Shown: positions 22,617-31,487 of the stretch, in pieces
Layout of the letters: each line of letters starts with the position of its first letter
How positions within the stretch are numbered: position 1 is the stretch's first letter
NCBI GenBank assembly: GCA_964463605.1
Contig: CAYXBZ010000004.1
Coordinates: forward strand, 1-33,796
Direction: 5' to 3'
DNA from: an uncultured Pseudomonadales bacterium
Lineage (GTDB): Bacteria > Patescibacteriota > Microgenomatia > UBA1400 > PJMF01
Length of the DNA stretch: 33,796 nt
The notes under the pieces: model-generated
Databases searched by the model: none
What the model saw: only the letters and a program-made list of their open reading frames with translations
Told to the model about the DNA's origin: nothing
Position numbers and translations under genes: made by a program

Positions 22617-24893
22617 CTATCGCTTATTTTGATAACTGTTGCGTCGATTGTTATTTGATCCACCTCGTGAAGAGCGATTATCGCTTCTTCCTCTGGAATT
22701 GCCATTGCTGTTTTGGCGATGCTGCTTAATCTTTTCTGCTTGCTCTTTGGTGAGCATAGATAGTCCAATCTTGCCATCATCTTTAATCTCAGAAATTCTC
22801 ACCTTCACCGCATCGCCCAACTTTACAAGCGTATTAGGATCTTTGACAAAACCCTCCGCCATCTGAGAAATATGGACTAGGCCTTCGCGACCCGGTAAGT
22901 ACTCAACAAAAGCTCCATAGCTTTCAATGCGGGTTACTTCACCTTCATATTCTTCATCAACCTCAACCGTTTTGAGAATGTTCTCGATCATAGTTCTGGC
23001 TTTGTTGATTGCTTCTTGGTCGCTGCTGGCAATGTTGGCTACACCTACATTTCGCTCCTCATCTTCATCAATGTCAACCTCAGCTCCACTTTGAGCAATG
23101 ATTTCCTTGATGATCTTGCCTCCTGGTCCGATCACTTCTCCAATTCTGTCGACAGGGATAGTCACTTGATCAATCTTGGGAGCAAATGAACTCAACTGTT
23201 CTCGTGGCTCGCTGATCGTTTTTAACATCTCGTTCATGATGTGCAATCTGCCTTTGTGAGCCTGCTTTAGAGCTTGACGCAAAATGTCGATAGTAATCCC
23301 CTTAAGTTTAATGTCCATCTGAATGGCGGTGATGCCTTTCTTGGTTCCGGCCACTTTAAAGTCCATATCGCCGATGTGATCCTCCAAACCTTGGATATCA
23401 GACAGAACTACATACTTACTCAAGTCTTCATTGCTCATCAGGCCCATGGCGATACCTGCCACCGGACTTTTAATTGGTACTCCAGCTGCCATTAGTGACA
23501 TAGTTGAACCACAGACAGAGGCTTGGCTGGTTGAGCCGTTAGATGACATGATCTCGCTGACCACCCGAATGGTGTAAGGAAACTCTTCCTGAGAAGGAAT
23601 CATCGGCAACAAAGCTCTTTCGGCTAAAGCTCCGTGTCCTACCTCACGGCGTTTAGGATAACCAAAGCGCCCAGCTTCGCCAGAAGCGTAGGGAGGCATA
23701 TTGTAGTGATGAATGTAGTGGCGCACTTCTTCTCCGTGGATATCTTCAATAGTTTGTCCTAATGAAGGGCTGCCCAATGTAGTAACTGTCATCGCTTGGG
23801 TTGCGCCGCGCTTGAACATGGCACTACCATGAGCTCTTGGGAGTAGATCAACCTCGGTCCAGATTGGGCGAATCTCTTCTGATTTTCTGCCATCTGGCCT
23901 AACACCTTCATCCAGAATCATTTTTCTGGCTGTTTTCTTCATCAAATCATAAACAGTATTTTTTACTTCTTTTGCCTCGACTTCAACCGAGTCTTCTTCG
24001 TTAAATATATACTCATTAAGATATGACACCATCTCTTCCACCAAAGCATCTAGATCAAACTCTTCAAGTCTGCCTTGTTTATTAACCGCATCAGATATCT
24101 GTTTGGCATACTTATCAGACAATTCATGAGAGATTTTCTCTGACCTATCGCTTTCTTCCTGAGATGCTGGAGTAACTAACTCAACCTTCTCTTGACCAAC
24201 TTTCTCCACAATCTTATTGATTTGGGTACAGATCTTTTTGAGTTCTTTTTGAGCTTTGTCGATGGCTTCTAACACCACTTCTTCATCAACTTCATTAGCT
24301 CCAGCTTCAACCATAACCACAGAATCACCAGTGCCCGAGACAATCAGGTCAAGATCTAGCTCTTCTTGCTGGGACTCAGTTGGATTTAAATAGTATTTTT
24401 GATCTTCATGTTGATAGCCAATACGCAACCCTGCAACTGGACCATCAAACGGAATCTTAGACATACTCAGCGCCAATCCTGTTGCCACCAACGAGATCAT
24501 GTCGTGACTGTTCTCCTGATCGTAGGAATAAACAGTGCTCACTATTTGAACTTGATTGGTAATGCCCTCAGGAAAAAGAGGACGAATAGTGCGGTCGATA
24601 ACACGAGCTTTGAGCACTGCGTCATCGGTTGGTCTGCCTTCGCGCTTCACCCAACGCGAACCTTTAATCATGCCGCTTGCATAAAGCTTCTCTTCGTACT
24701 CCACACTGAGTGGGAAGTAGCCCCAGTCAACCTTGCCTCCTAGGGCAACGGTCACGTGAACCACCGTCTCGCCACAGCGAGCCAGCACAGCCGCAGCAGT
24801 CTGCTCACTGAATTTACCGATAGTAAACTCGATGGTTTTATCTCCCACCTTGATTTCATGTTTATATTGATCAGTATATGTTGTTTTTGACAT
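22617..24893 (-). CDS. pnp: Polyribonucleotide nucleotidyltransferase (PNPase)
   Basis: 758 aa with two RNase PH domains, a KH domain (GPGGKIIKEI) and an S1 domain (GEVTRIESYGAFVE). It carries an extra Arg/Ser/Asn/Gly-rich tail. Confidence 0.97.
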   Translation of the reverse strand: MSKTTYTDQYKHEIKVGDKTIEFTIGKFSEQTAAAVLARCGETVVHVTVALGGKVDWGYFPLSVEYEEKLYASGMIKGSRWVKREGRPTDDAVLKARVIDRTIRPLFPEGITNQVQIVSTVYSYDQENSHDMISLVATGLALSMSKIPFDGPVAGLRIGYQHEDQKYYLNPTESQQEELDLDLIVSGTGDSVVMVEAGANEVDEEVVLEAIDKAQKELKKICTQINKIVEKVGQEKVELVTPASQEESDRSEKISHELSDKYAKQISDAVNKQGRLEEFDLDALVEEMVSYLNEYIFNEEDSVEVEAKEVKNTVYDLMKKTARKMILDEGVRPDGRKSEEIRPIWTEVDLLPRAHGSAMFKRGATQAMTVTTLGSPSLGQTIEDIHGEEVRHYIHHYNMPPYASGEAGRFGYPKRREVGHGALAERALLPMIPSQEEFPYTIRVVSEIMSSNGSTSQASVCGSTMSLMAAGVPIKSPVAGIAMGLMSNEDLSKYVVLSDIQGLEDHIGDMDFKVAGTKKGITAIQMDIKLKGITIDILRQALKQAHKGRLHIMNEMLKTISEPREQLSSFAPKIDQVTIPVDRIGEVIGPGGKIIKEIIAQSGAEVDIDEDEERNVGVANIASSDQEAINKARTMIENILKTVEVDEEYEGEVTRIESYGAFVEYLPGREGLVHISQMAEGFVKDPNTLVKLGDAVKVRISEIKDDGKIGLSMLTKEQAEKIKQHRQNSNGNSRGRSDNRSSRGGSNNNRRNSYQNKR

Positions 24894-25295
24894 ATCCTTT
24901 TTCTTTCTAGCAGAAAATCCAGCACAACTGTCAGTTTTGCTGCATTAACAGATCTCTGCCAATAACCTTGTTTGGTTTAGTTTAATAATATTTTTGATTA
25001 AAGCGAAAAAATTCATTCCGCCTGAGGAAGACGAAGGTCTGATTTAATAGACTTGCTGCGGGAAAACATAAAGATTTTGCCTTATGTTCTTTCGTAACAA
25101 ATCTACTTAGCTTGACCCCAAACTTCCGATAATTGTTAATGCTAGGATGTATTATAACCGACCATCAGCAAAATATCAGCCTTAATAGTCTTTCCCCTCT
25201 ATTCAAATAAATGATTCGTTAATTGCTGATATACTTGAAACAGAAATAAATTATTCATTAGTTATTTGTAATTGTATTAATTATTAATTCAGCCT

Positions 25296-25844
25296 ATGGA
25301 AAATAAAGCGGGTGCACCAACAAATGCAGAGAATGAAACCTTGAATGTAAGTCAGGTTAAAGACATTTTAAGGGAAAAAGGGTTGCTAATTTTCGAACCC
25401 ACCCTAAATACAGTTGTTGAGCATCTACAAGACAACGATCTTAGCCTTACTACTGAGGAAGTAGCAAGTTTTCTTTACGCAGTTTTTAAACCTATCGATA
25501 AAGCAGTCAAAAATCTGCCAGAGGCCCTTGCATTTAGACAAATGGAGCAGCAACTAGATGGAAAAAGTGTTAAACAATTTCTAGCAGACCTAGAAGATGT
25601 ACAAACTAATGCTCAGTCAGGTCAATCTAATCAAACTACTTCATCTGCGCTTGAGCATTCACCAGCTCAAAAAGATGGTGGACCAGTGACAGGGTGGAGG
25701 TCTCTTACAACTGATAATAAAACTCCTGACAGCCTCATAACAGATCATTCAAAAGCAGAATCACCCACGAATCAAGGTCCAGTTCTGGGATGGAAAGGCA
25801 CGTTGGAGGGAGAGAAGGCTCCTGAGCCAAAGAAAATTTCTTAA
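25296..25844 (+). CDS. Orphan hypothetical protein (helical N-domain plus low-complexity tail)
   Basis: This is the only long ORF in any frame across the roughly 960-bp rpsO-pnp gap. The N-terminal roughly 100 aa look like a real helical domain. The tail is Q/S/T/N/P-rich with a duplicated GPV(T/L)GW(R/K) motif. There is no SD and no recognisable family. Confidence 0.5.
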   Translation: MENKAGAPTNAENETLNVSQVKDILREKGLLIFEPTLNTVVEHLQDNDLSLTTEEVASFLYAVFKPIDKAVKNLPEALAFRQMEQQLDGKSVKQFLADLEDVQTNAQSGQSNQTTSSALEHSPAQKDGGPVTGWRSLTTDNKTPDSLITDHSKAESPTNQGPVLGWKGTLEGEKAPEPKKIS

Positions 25845-25855
25845 AAGTGGGAACA

Positions 25856-26125
25856 CTACTTCTTCAACCCCAGCTTCTTGATTAAAGTGTCGTATCGTTC
25901 CTGACTTCTTTCACTCAAGAAGCGCAATAAACGTCGCCGCTTTGAAACTTGGCGCAATAAACCTTTTCGTGAGTGATCATCTCCCTTGTGATCTTTAAGA
26001 TGATCGGTTAGCTCTTGAATACTGGCAGTAAGAAGAGCAATCTGTACTTCTGGAGATCCAGTATCACCTTCAAAGAGTTGATATTCCTTAATTATTGCTG
26101 TTTTTTGGCCTTTAGATAATGCCAT
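25856..26125 (-). CDS. rpsO: 30S ribosomal protein S15
   Basis: 89 aa. [31 protein letters not shown]-type signatures are present. SD AGGAGG. Confidence 0.95.
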   Translation of the reverse strand: MALSKGQKTAIIKEYQLFEGDTGSPEVQIALLTASIQELTDHLKDHKGDDHSRKGLLRQVSKRRRLLRFLSERSQERYDTLIKKLGLKK

Positions 26126-26198
26126 GGTATACCTCCTGTTAGAGTTCCCTTGATTGGCGAGAAATATTCGATCCAGCCAACAAAGTAACCAATAGTTA

Positions 26199-27656
26199 TT
26201 AAAATTCTTTTTTATAAGCCGTGATTATATCACCTTTTTTAAAATCTAGTCTTTTATTTTTGAAAGCTAGGCCCGCTTCCCCCTTGGCCTTAATCACTTC
26301 AACATCATCTTTACCATGTTTCATACTGGTAATCACTGGGCGCGCAATGATCTGATCATCTCTAACTAAATAGAGACTATCATGACGATTAATCTCGCCG
26401 GTAATTACCCTAACACCGGCAATTTTACGATTATTATAATCAAAAATCTGAAGAATCTCAGCCTTGCCTAATTCCACCTCTCCATAATGAGGATCCATCA
26501 GCTTTAGCATCTGTTCTTCCAAATCTTCAAGCAAATGATAAATCACTTCGTATTGTTTTAGGTGCACTCCAAGCTGCTTGGCTGAATGTTTCATTTTAGA
26601 AGGAATCTTCTGACCAAAAACAACAACAACGCTACCAGTGGCTGCGGCCAGTTCAAGATCTCCATCCGTAAGGGGACCAACAGAAGCACTAATCAACTCA
26701 ACGGTGTCTTCATCTAAAGATTGCACTATCGCTTCCAAAGTACCTTTTACGTCTGCTTTCACTATCAAGTTGAGTTTTTCCTTTTCGCCCAGAAGAGAGG
26801 CTATATCTACATCATCCCACGAAAACTCAGTTTCTCCCTCTTGATCACTTACTTCCTCAAGTGCTTCATATTTGGCCTGAGCATCTCGAACAATTGCGCC
26901 AACTTCGGGTACATCATTCAGCCCAAGAATCTCGGCTGGTTGTCCTGGCACGACTTTTTTTAACTGTTTTCCTGTTTCATCTGACAAAGATTTCACCCTG
27001 CCTTCAATTCCATCAACTTCTAGATTTTGACGTATCTTAAGAGTTCCCTGTTGAACAATCACTCTTGCCACTGGACCTTTATGCTGATCTTTCGTTGACT
27101 CAATCACAACTGCTTCTAGAGGAGCTTCATCATCGGCATTTAGTTCAAGAAGTTCAGCCATCACCAACACATTGTCAAGCAGTTCATCTACGCCTTTACC
27201 TTTGAGGGCACTGATCTCGATGGCATCGATATCACCTCCATACTCTTGAACTACAATGTCATGTTCAGCCAACTGCGTTTTGGTTAATGTGGGGTTTGCT
27301 CCTTCCAAATCTATTTTATTGAGAGCAACCAAGCAAGGTACCTTAGCTTCTTTAATGTATCGAATAGATTCAATGGTTTGAGGTTGAACACCATCTTTAG
27401 CGGAGACAACTAAAATTACCAAGTCTGTGATTTGAGCTCCACGCTCTCGCATCTTGTTAAAAGCAGCGTGACCTGGAGTATCGATAAAGGTAATCTTCTT
27501 CCCTTTGAAGGTAATTTGATAAGCTCCAATGTGTTGAGTAATACCGCCCACCTCTCCTTCTTGGACTTTTGTTTGACGAATATGGTCTAACAGAGTAGTT
27601 TTTCCATGATCAACATGGCCTAGAACAGTAATAATTGGCGGTCGATTCTTTTTCAT
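26199..27656 (-). CDS. infB: Translation initiation factor IF-2 (short form starting at the G domain)
   Basis: [20 protein letters not shown] begins at residue 5, followed by DTPGH and NKID. The C-terminal domains end in the conserved KDDV.EV..G.E.G pattern. The start is 1 nt downstream of the nusA stop. Confidence 0.95.
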   Translation of the reverse strand: MKKNRPPIITVLGHVDHGKTTLLDHIRQTKVQEGEVGGITQHIGAYQITFKGKKITFIDTPGHAAFNKMRERGAQITDLVILVVSAKDGVQPQTIESIRYIKEAKVPCLVALNKIDLEGANPTLTKTQLAEHDIVVQEYGGDIDAIEISALKGKGVDELLDNVLVMAELLELNADDEAPLEAVVIESTKDQHKGPVARVIVQQGTLKIRQNLEVDGIEGRVKSLSDETGKQLKKVVPGQPAEILGLNDVPEVGAIVRDAQAKYEALEEVSDQEGETEFSWDDVDIASLLGEKEKLNLIVKADVKGTLEAIVQSLDEDTVELISASVGPLTDGDLELAAATGSVVVVFGQKIPSKMKHSAKQLGVHLKQYEVIYHLLEDLEEQMLKLMDPHYGEVELGKAEILQIFDYNNRKIAGVRVITGEINRHDSLYLVRDDQIIARPVITSMKHGKDDVEVIKAKGEAGLAFKNKRLDFKKGDIITAYKKEF

Positions 27657-27657
27657 T

Positions 27658-28926
27658 TTATTCAGTAGTTTCGCTAGATTCTCTTTGAGCTAATTCTTCG
27701 TGATATTCTGCTAATTTTTGTTTTATCAACTCTTGTTGATCTTTTTCAAGATCTTCAGCTTCTTGCCACTTGTCAGTAAAGCGATCAAGATCATAGATGG
27801 TGGTCAGTTTCCGTTGAACTAAGAACTCACGCGCTTCTGGAGTTAAGCCTTCCCAACTATCGATCTCATACTCTTCTTCACCCGTAGCATGAGACTCAAT
27901 TTCTCCCTCAGCAGACTTAATTGTAATATAGTAACCTGTAAGTTTAGCAGCAAGTCTCACATTTTGACCTCCTCGACCAATAGCCAATGAGAGTTGATCA
28001 TTGGGAGCGGTCACAACCACCTTTTTCGCCTCTTCATCAATCTCAATTAGCAAATTGTCTGCTGGAGCCAAGGCCGCCTTGAGATAAGTGGTTACGTCTT
28101 CGTGATAAGGAACAATATCTATTTTTTCGTTGTTAAGTTCCTCAATAACTTTCTGAACCCTAACTCCTCTTTGACCAACGCAAGAACCTACCGGATCAAC
28201 TCCCTCTTGAGTTGAGTGAACAGCAATCTTTGTTCTAACACCTGCCTCTCTTGCTACAGCGATAATTTCTACCGCCCCCGAACCGACTTCTGGAACTTCT
28301 CGTTCAAACAATTTAGAAACCAGTTGTGAAGTTGCACGCGATACAATAATTGAGTCGCTATGATCTTCATCTTCAATTTCCTTAATCAATACTACAATTC
28401 TTTGATTTTTGCGGTAGAACTCACCTCGCATCTGTTCTTGAGGAGGCATGAGAGCCTGACCGCGACCAATTTCTAAAATTACTGTGCCTCGATCCATTCT
28501 TAACACCTGACCAGTAACAATTTCTCCTACTTTGTCTCTGAACTCGTCAACTATCTGAGTTTTTTCGCTGCGACGAATTTCTTGCAAAATTACCTGCTTA
28601 GCTGTTTGGGCGGCAATGCGACCAAAACCAGCTGGAGTTACTTCTTTATGTTTAGATTCATCTTCATCCCACTTAAGAATCTCGTTGGTTTCCTCATCTC
28701 GCTCCAAAACAGAAGCTTGAAATATATGAGCCTCGCCAGTATCTTCATTCAAAGTCACATAGTAGTAGAATTCATCATCTAGTCCGCCCGTTTCTTTACG
28801 ATAAGCAGAAATGAGAGCATGCTTAATTGCTTCATGAATTGCTTCTGGCTCAATCTTTCTTTCTTGTGCGATTTGAGCAATTGCTGAAGCAAACTCAGTG
28901 CGAACAACTTGGTTTAAATTTGCCAT
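27658..28926 (-). CDS. nusA: Transcription termination/antitermination factor NusA
   Basis: Has the N-terminal domain, an S1 domain (GEIVTGQV) and two KH domains (DPVGSCVGQRGVRVQ; LAIGRGGQNVRLA), plus an acidic C-terminal extension. Confidence 0.95.
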   Translation of the reverse strand: MANLNQVVRTEFASAIAQIAQERKIEPEAIHEAIKHALISAYRKETGGLDDEFYYYVTLNEDTGEAHIFQASVLERDEETNEILKWDEDESKHKEVTPAGFGRIAAQTAKQVILQEIRRSEKTQIVDEFRDKVGEIVTGQVLRMDRGTVILEIGRGQALMPPQEQMRGEFYRKNQRIVVLIKEIEDEDHSDSIIVSRATSQLVSKLFEREVPEVGSGAVEIIAVAREAGVRTKIAVHSTQEGVDPVGSCVGQRGVRVQKVIEELNNEKIDIVPYHEDVTTYLKAALAPADNLLIEIDEEAKKVVVTAPNDQLSLAIGRGGQNVRLAAKLTGYYITIKSAEGEIESHATGEEEYEIDSWEGLTPEAREFLVQRKLTTIYDLDRFTDKWQEAEDLEKDQQELIKQKLAEYHEELAQRESSETTE

Positions 28927-29118
28927 ATGTTGTGTGTCGTTAGCGACTAATAAATTTATATTTTTTTATCTTTTGATTACAGGAAAAAAGAAAAACGCAC
29001 TTTTTCAGTCCGTCAAACCCTGTCCATCATTCGTTTTTTTCCATCAAATCTTGAAAGACAATGCTTATTATAGCTGATATCTCAAAAAAAACCAGGTGTC
29101 TATCTAGTTTGAGATCGT

Positions 29119-29784
29119 TTAGCCACCAGCAACAGCCTGAAGCAAAAAGTTTGCCAAGTCATGAACAGAAGGAAAAGCAAAATCAGCTCTTTCGTCTTGA
29201 TCATAAACCAAAGCTGTATGCATGCCAATTTCCTTTGCAGTTGCTAGATCTGTTTCATAACGATCACCAACAAATAAATGTTCTTGAGGTGAGACTTGAG
29301 TAAAATCCAACAGATATTGATAGGGTGCAATCGATGGTTTAAGCTCACCAGTTTCATCAGGTGCGCTAATAATCTTTTTGAAAAAACTTAATGAAAAGCC
29401 AATTTTTTCAAGTTTCAGCAGTGAATATTTCAATGGAGCATTTGTGCAAATAATGTGCTCAAAACTATTTAGTTGAGATAGCTGTTCAACCAGTTTTTCG
29501 TCTGCTTGAATCGAAGTCAGCTGGGTTTCATTAAACATCTTTTCGCTATCAACAACATTTATTCCCAAACTTTCTAAAACTAAAGTATTGCTATGAAGAC
29601 GCTCATATAGATTTTGATAAATTGACTCTGCCTCGTTTAAAGAGATATCTTTTAAGTTAGCCACCATCTGATAGACATTGAAGCGAATTCTGGAAAATAG
29701 CTCATCAGTTATTTCGTACAAAGTGCCATCCAAATCCCAAATAATATACTTAAGATCCTTAATCCATGAATTGTTATTTCTCAT
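29119..29784 (-). CDS. HAD-superfamily hydrolase
   Basis: Motif I is IIWDLDGTLY and motif IV is VGDRYETDL. The size and cap region fit subfamily IA. Confidence 0.8.
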   Translation of the reverse strand: MRNNNSWIKDLKYIIWDLDGTLYEITDELFSRIRFNVYQMVANLKDISLNEAESIYQNLYERLHSNTLVLESLGINVVDSEKMFNETQLTSIQADEKLVEQLSQLNSFEHIICTNAPLKYSLLKLEKIGFSLSFFKKIISAPDETGELKPSIAPYQYLLDFTQVSPQEHLFVGDRYETDLATAKEIGMHTALVYDQDERADFAFPSVHDLANFLLQAVAGG

Positions 29785-29847
29785 AAATCTTTCTTGTGGG
29801 AAATAAACCTAAAATAATAATTTTCCAACAATAAATCTTACATCTAC

Positions 29848-30699
29848 TTAAACATCCATCTCTTTGAGGTGCTCGAACAGTTTTTTTTGTTCTTTATTTA
29901 GTTTTTCTGGAATCCTCACCTTCAAGCGAACATACAAATCGCCACGACCACCACCTCGAAGATGCCTAATTCCCTCACCTCTAAGTCTCACTAAAGTATG
30001 AGATTGTGTTCCTGGTCTGATTCTTAAGTTGAGCTCGTTATCAAGAGTTTTTACCTGCTTGGTTCCACCCAATACTGCCAAACTTAATGGGATATCCTGA
30101 TCAAGATACACGTCATAACCCTCTCTCTTAAAGCGAGGGTGAGGCTTAACATCAATCGAAATATCAAAATCATCAAATCTAATGCGGGTACCATCATCAG
30201 CCCCTGCTGGAACCTTGATTTTTCTTTTTTTGCCATCTATTTCAACTTCCTTTGTCACTCCGTTAACCGCTTCCATAAACTCAATTTTTAAACTATACCG
30301 TTGTCTTCTTGCTTGACGCGAAAAGCCTCCTCCAAAAAATGATTCAAAAATCTCAAATGGATCGCCAAAGTCAAAATCTCCAAAAGGATTTTCTCCACCG
30401 CTTCGGTAGGTGTAAGTAAACGGACCCGATCGAGCTCCCCCGGCAAAAGGATTTGAGCCCATGCCACCAGCTCCGCTAAAGGCAGCGTGACCAAACTGAT
30501 CGTATGCCTGACGTTTTTTCTGATCTGAAAGAATTTGATAGGCCTCGTTAATTTCTTTGAATTTATCTTCAGCATCAGCTGATTTATTGTGATCAGGATG
30601 ATACTTCAAGGCAAGCTTGCGATACGCTTGCTTTAACTGAGTTTGCGTCGCATCTTTGCTCACTCCTAAAATCTCGTAATAATCTCTTTTTGTTGTCAT
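29848..30699 (-). CDS. dnaJ: J-domain co-chaperone DnaJ/CbpA type (no zinc-finger domain)
   Basis: Has a J domain (DYYEILGV...HPD), a G/F-rich linker and C-terminal beta-sandwich domains. No CxxCxGxG repeats occur anywhere in the 283 aa. Confidence 0.9.
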   Translation of the reverse strand: MTTKRDYYEILGVSKDATQTQLKQAYRKLALKYHPDHNKSADAEDKFKEINEAYQILSDQKKRQAYDQFGHAAFSGAGGMGSNPFAGGARSGPFTYTYRSGGENPFGDFDFGDPFEIFESFFGGGFSRQARRQRYSLKIEFMEAVNGVTKEVEIDGKKRKIKVPAGADDGTRIRFDDFDISIDVKPHPRFKREGYDVYLDQDIPLSLAVLGGTKQVKTLDNELNLRIRPGTQSHTLVRLRGEGIRHLRGGGRGDLYVRLKVRIPEKLNKEQKKLFEHLKEMDV

Positions 30700-30739
30700 A
30701 CTTTGTTTTCAATTTCGGATGATTTTGCTTAACAATCTG

Positions 30740-31411
30740 CTAATTATATCTCAGCTTAACTACAGTCCAAAAAGCAGTTACTCCATCTTTCCAGGTGATC
30801 TTTTTCCCCTCATCAAAACCCCTGCCTACATAACTAATTGGAACCTCAAATATTTTAATGTTTCTTTTTAAAATTTTACAAGTTACTTCTGGCTCAAAAT
30901 CAAAGCCGTTAGCTTGAAGAGCTAGTTCTCTCATCAATCCAGAGGGAATCAATTTATAGCATGTTTCCATATCTGACAAGGTTGTATCATAAAGTAAGTT
31001 TACCAAAGCATTAAGAAAGTGATTTCCTACTCGATGCCAAAAAAGTAAATTTGAGTGTGGGCCCAAAAATCTTGAACCGTACACCACCTCTACGCCTTCA
31101 CGCTCAAGATAATGGAGTAGTTGCTTGATATCTTGAGGATCATACTCTAAGTCTGCATCCTGAATGAGGATATAATCGCCAGCTGCTTTTGACAAACCCA
31201 AACGAATTGCACTACCTTTCCCTTGATTTTGCTGATGAAATATTTTAATTTTTCTAGATCTAAGTGAATCTAAAATTTTTTTTGTATTATCACTTGACCC
31301 ATCGTTGACCACAATAATTTCGCCAATTTCCCTAACCTTAAGCAACTTTTGTAACAATTTATTTACTGTTTGCTCTTCATTGTAAACCGGAACGATAACC
31401 GATAGCTTCAT
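30740..31411 (-). CDS. Family 2 glycosyltransferase (polyprenol-phosphate sugar synthase-like)
   Basis: Contains LSVIVPVYNEE, VNDGSSDNT and QDADLEYDP (DxD); 223 aa with no TM. Confidence 0.85.
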   Translation of the reverse strand: MKLSVIVPVYNEEQTVNKLLQKLLKVREIGEIIVVNDGSSDNTKKILDSLRSRKIKIFHQQNQGKGSAIRLGLSKAAGDYILIQDADLEYDPQDIKQLLHYLEREGVEVVYGSRFLGPHSNLLFWHRVGNHFLNALVNLLYDTTLSDMETCYKLIPSGLMRELALQANGFDFEPEVTCKILKRNIKIFEVPISYVGRGFDEGKKITWKDGVTAFWTVVKLRYN

Positions 31412-31435
31412 GGGTTACTTTTCTTATTTCAATCC

Positions 31436-31463
31436 AAAACAGCCCCAAAAGTGGAGCTGTTTT
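31436..31463 (-). terminator. Rho-independent terminator/attenuator after dnaK
   Basis: The minus strand reads AAAACAGCTCC-ACTTTT-GGGGCTGTTTT. This gives an 11-bp stem (one G:U) with A-tract and U-tract flanks. It starts 25 nt after the dnaK stop and lies 25 nt before the GT2 start. Confidence 0.7.
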
Positions 31464-31487
31464 GAAATGCTCATTGCTAAATTAATA

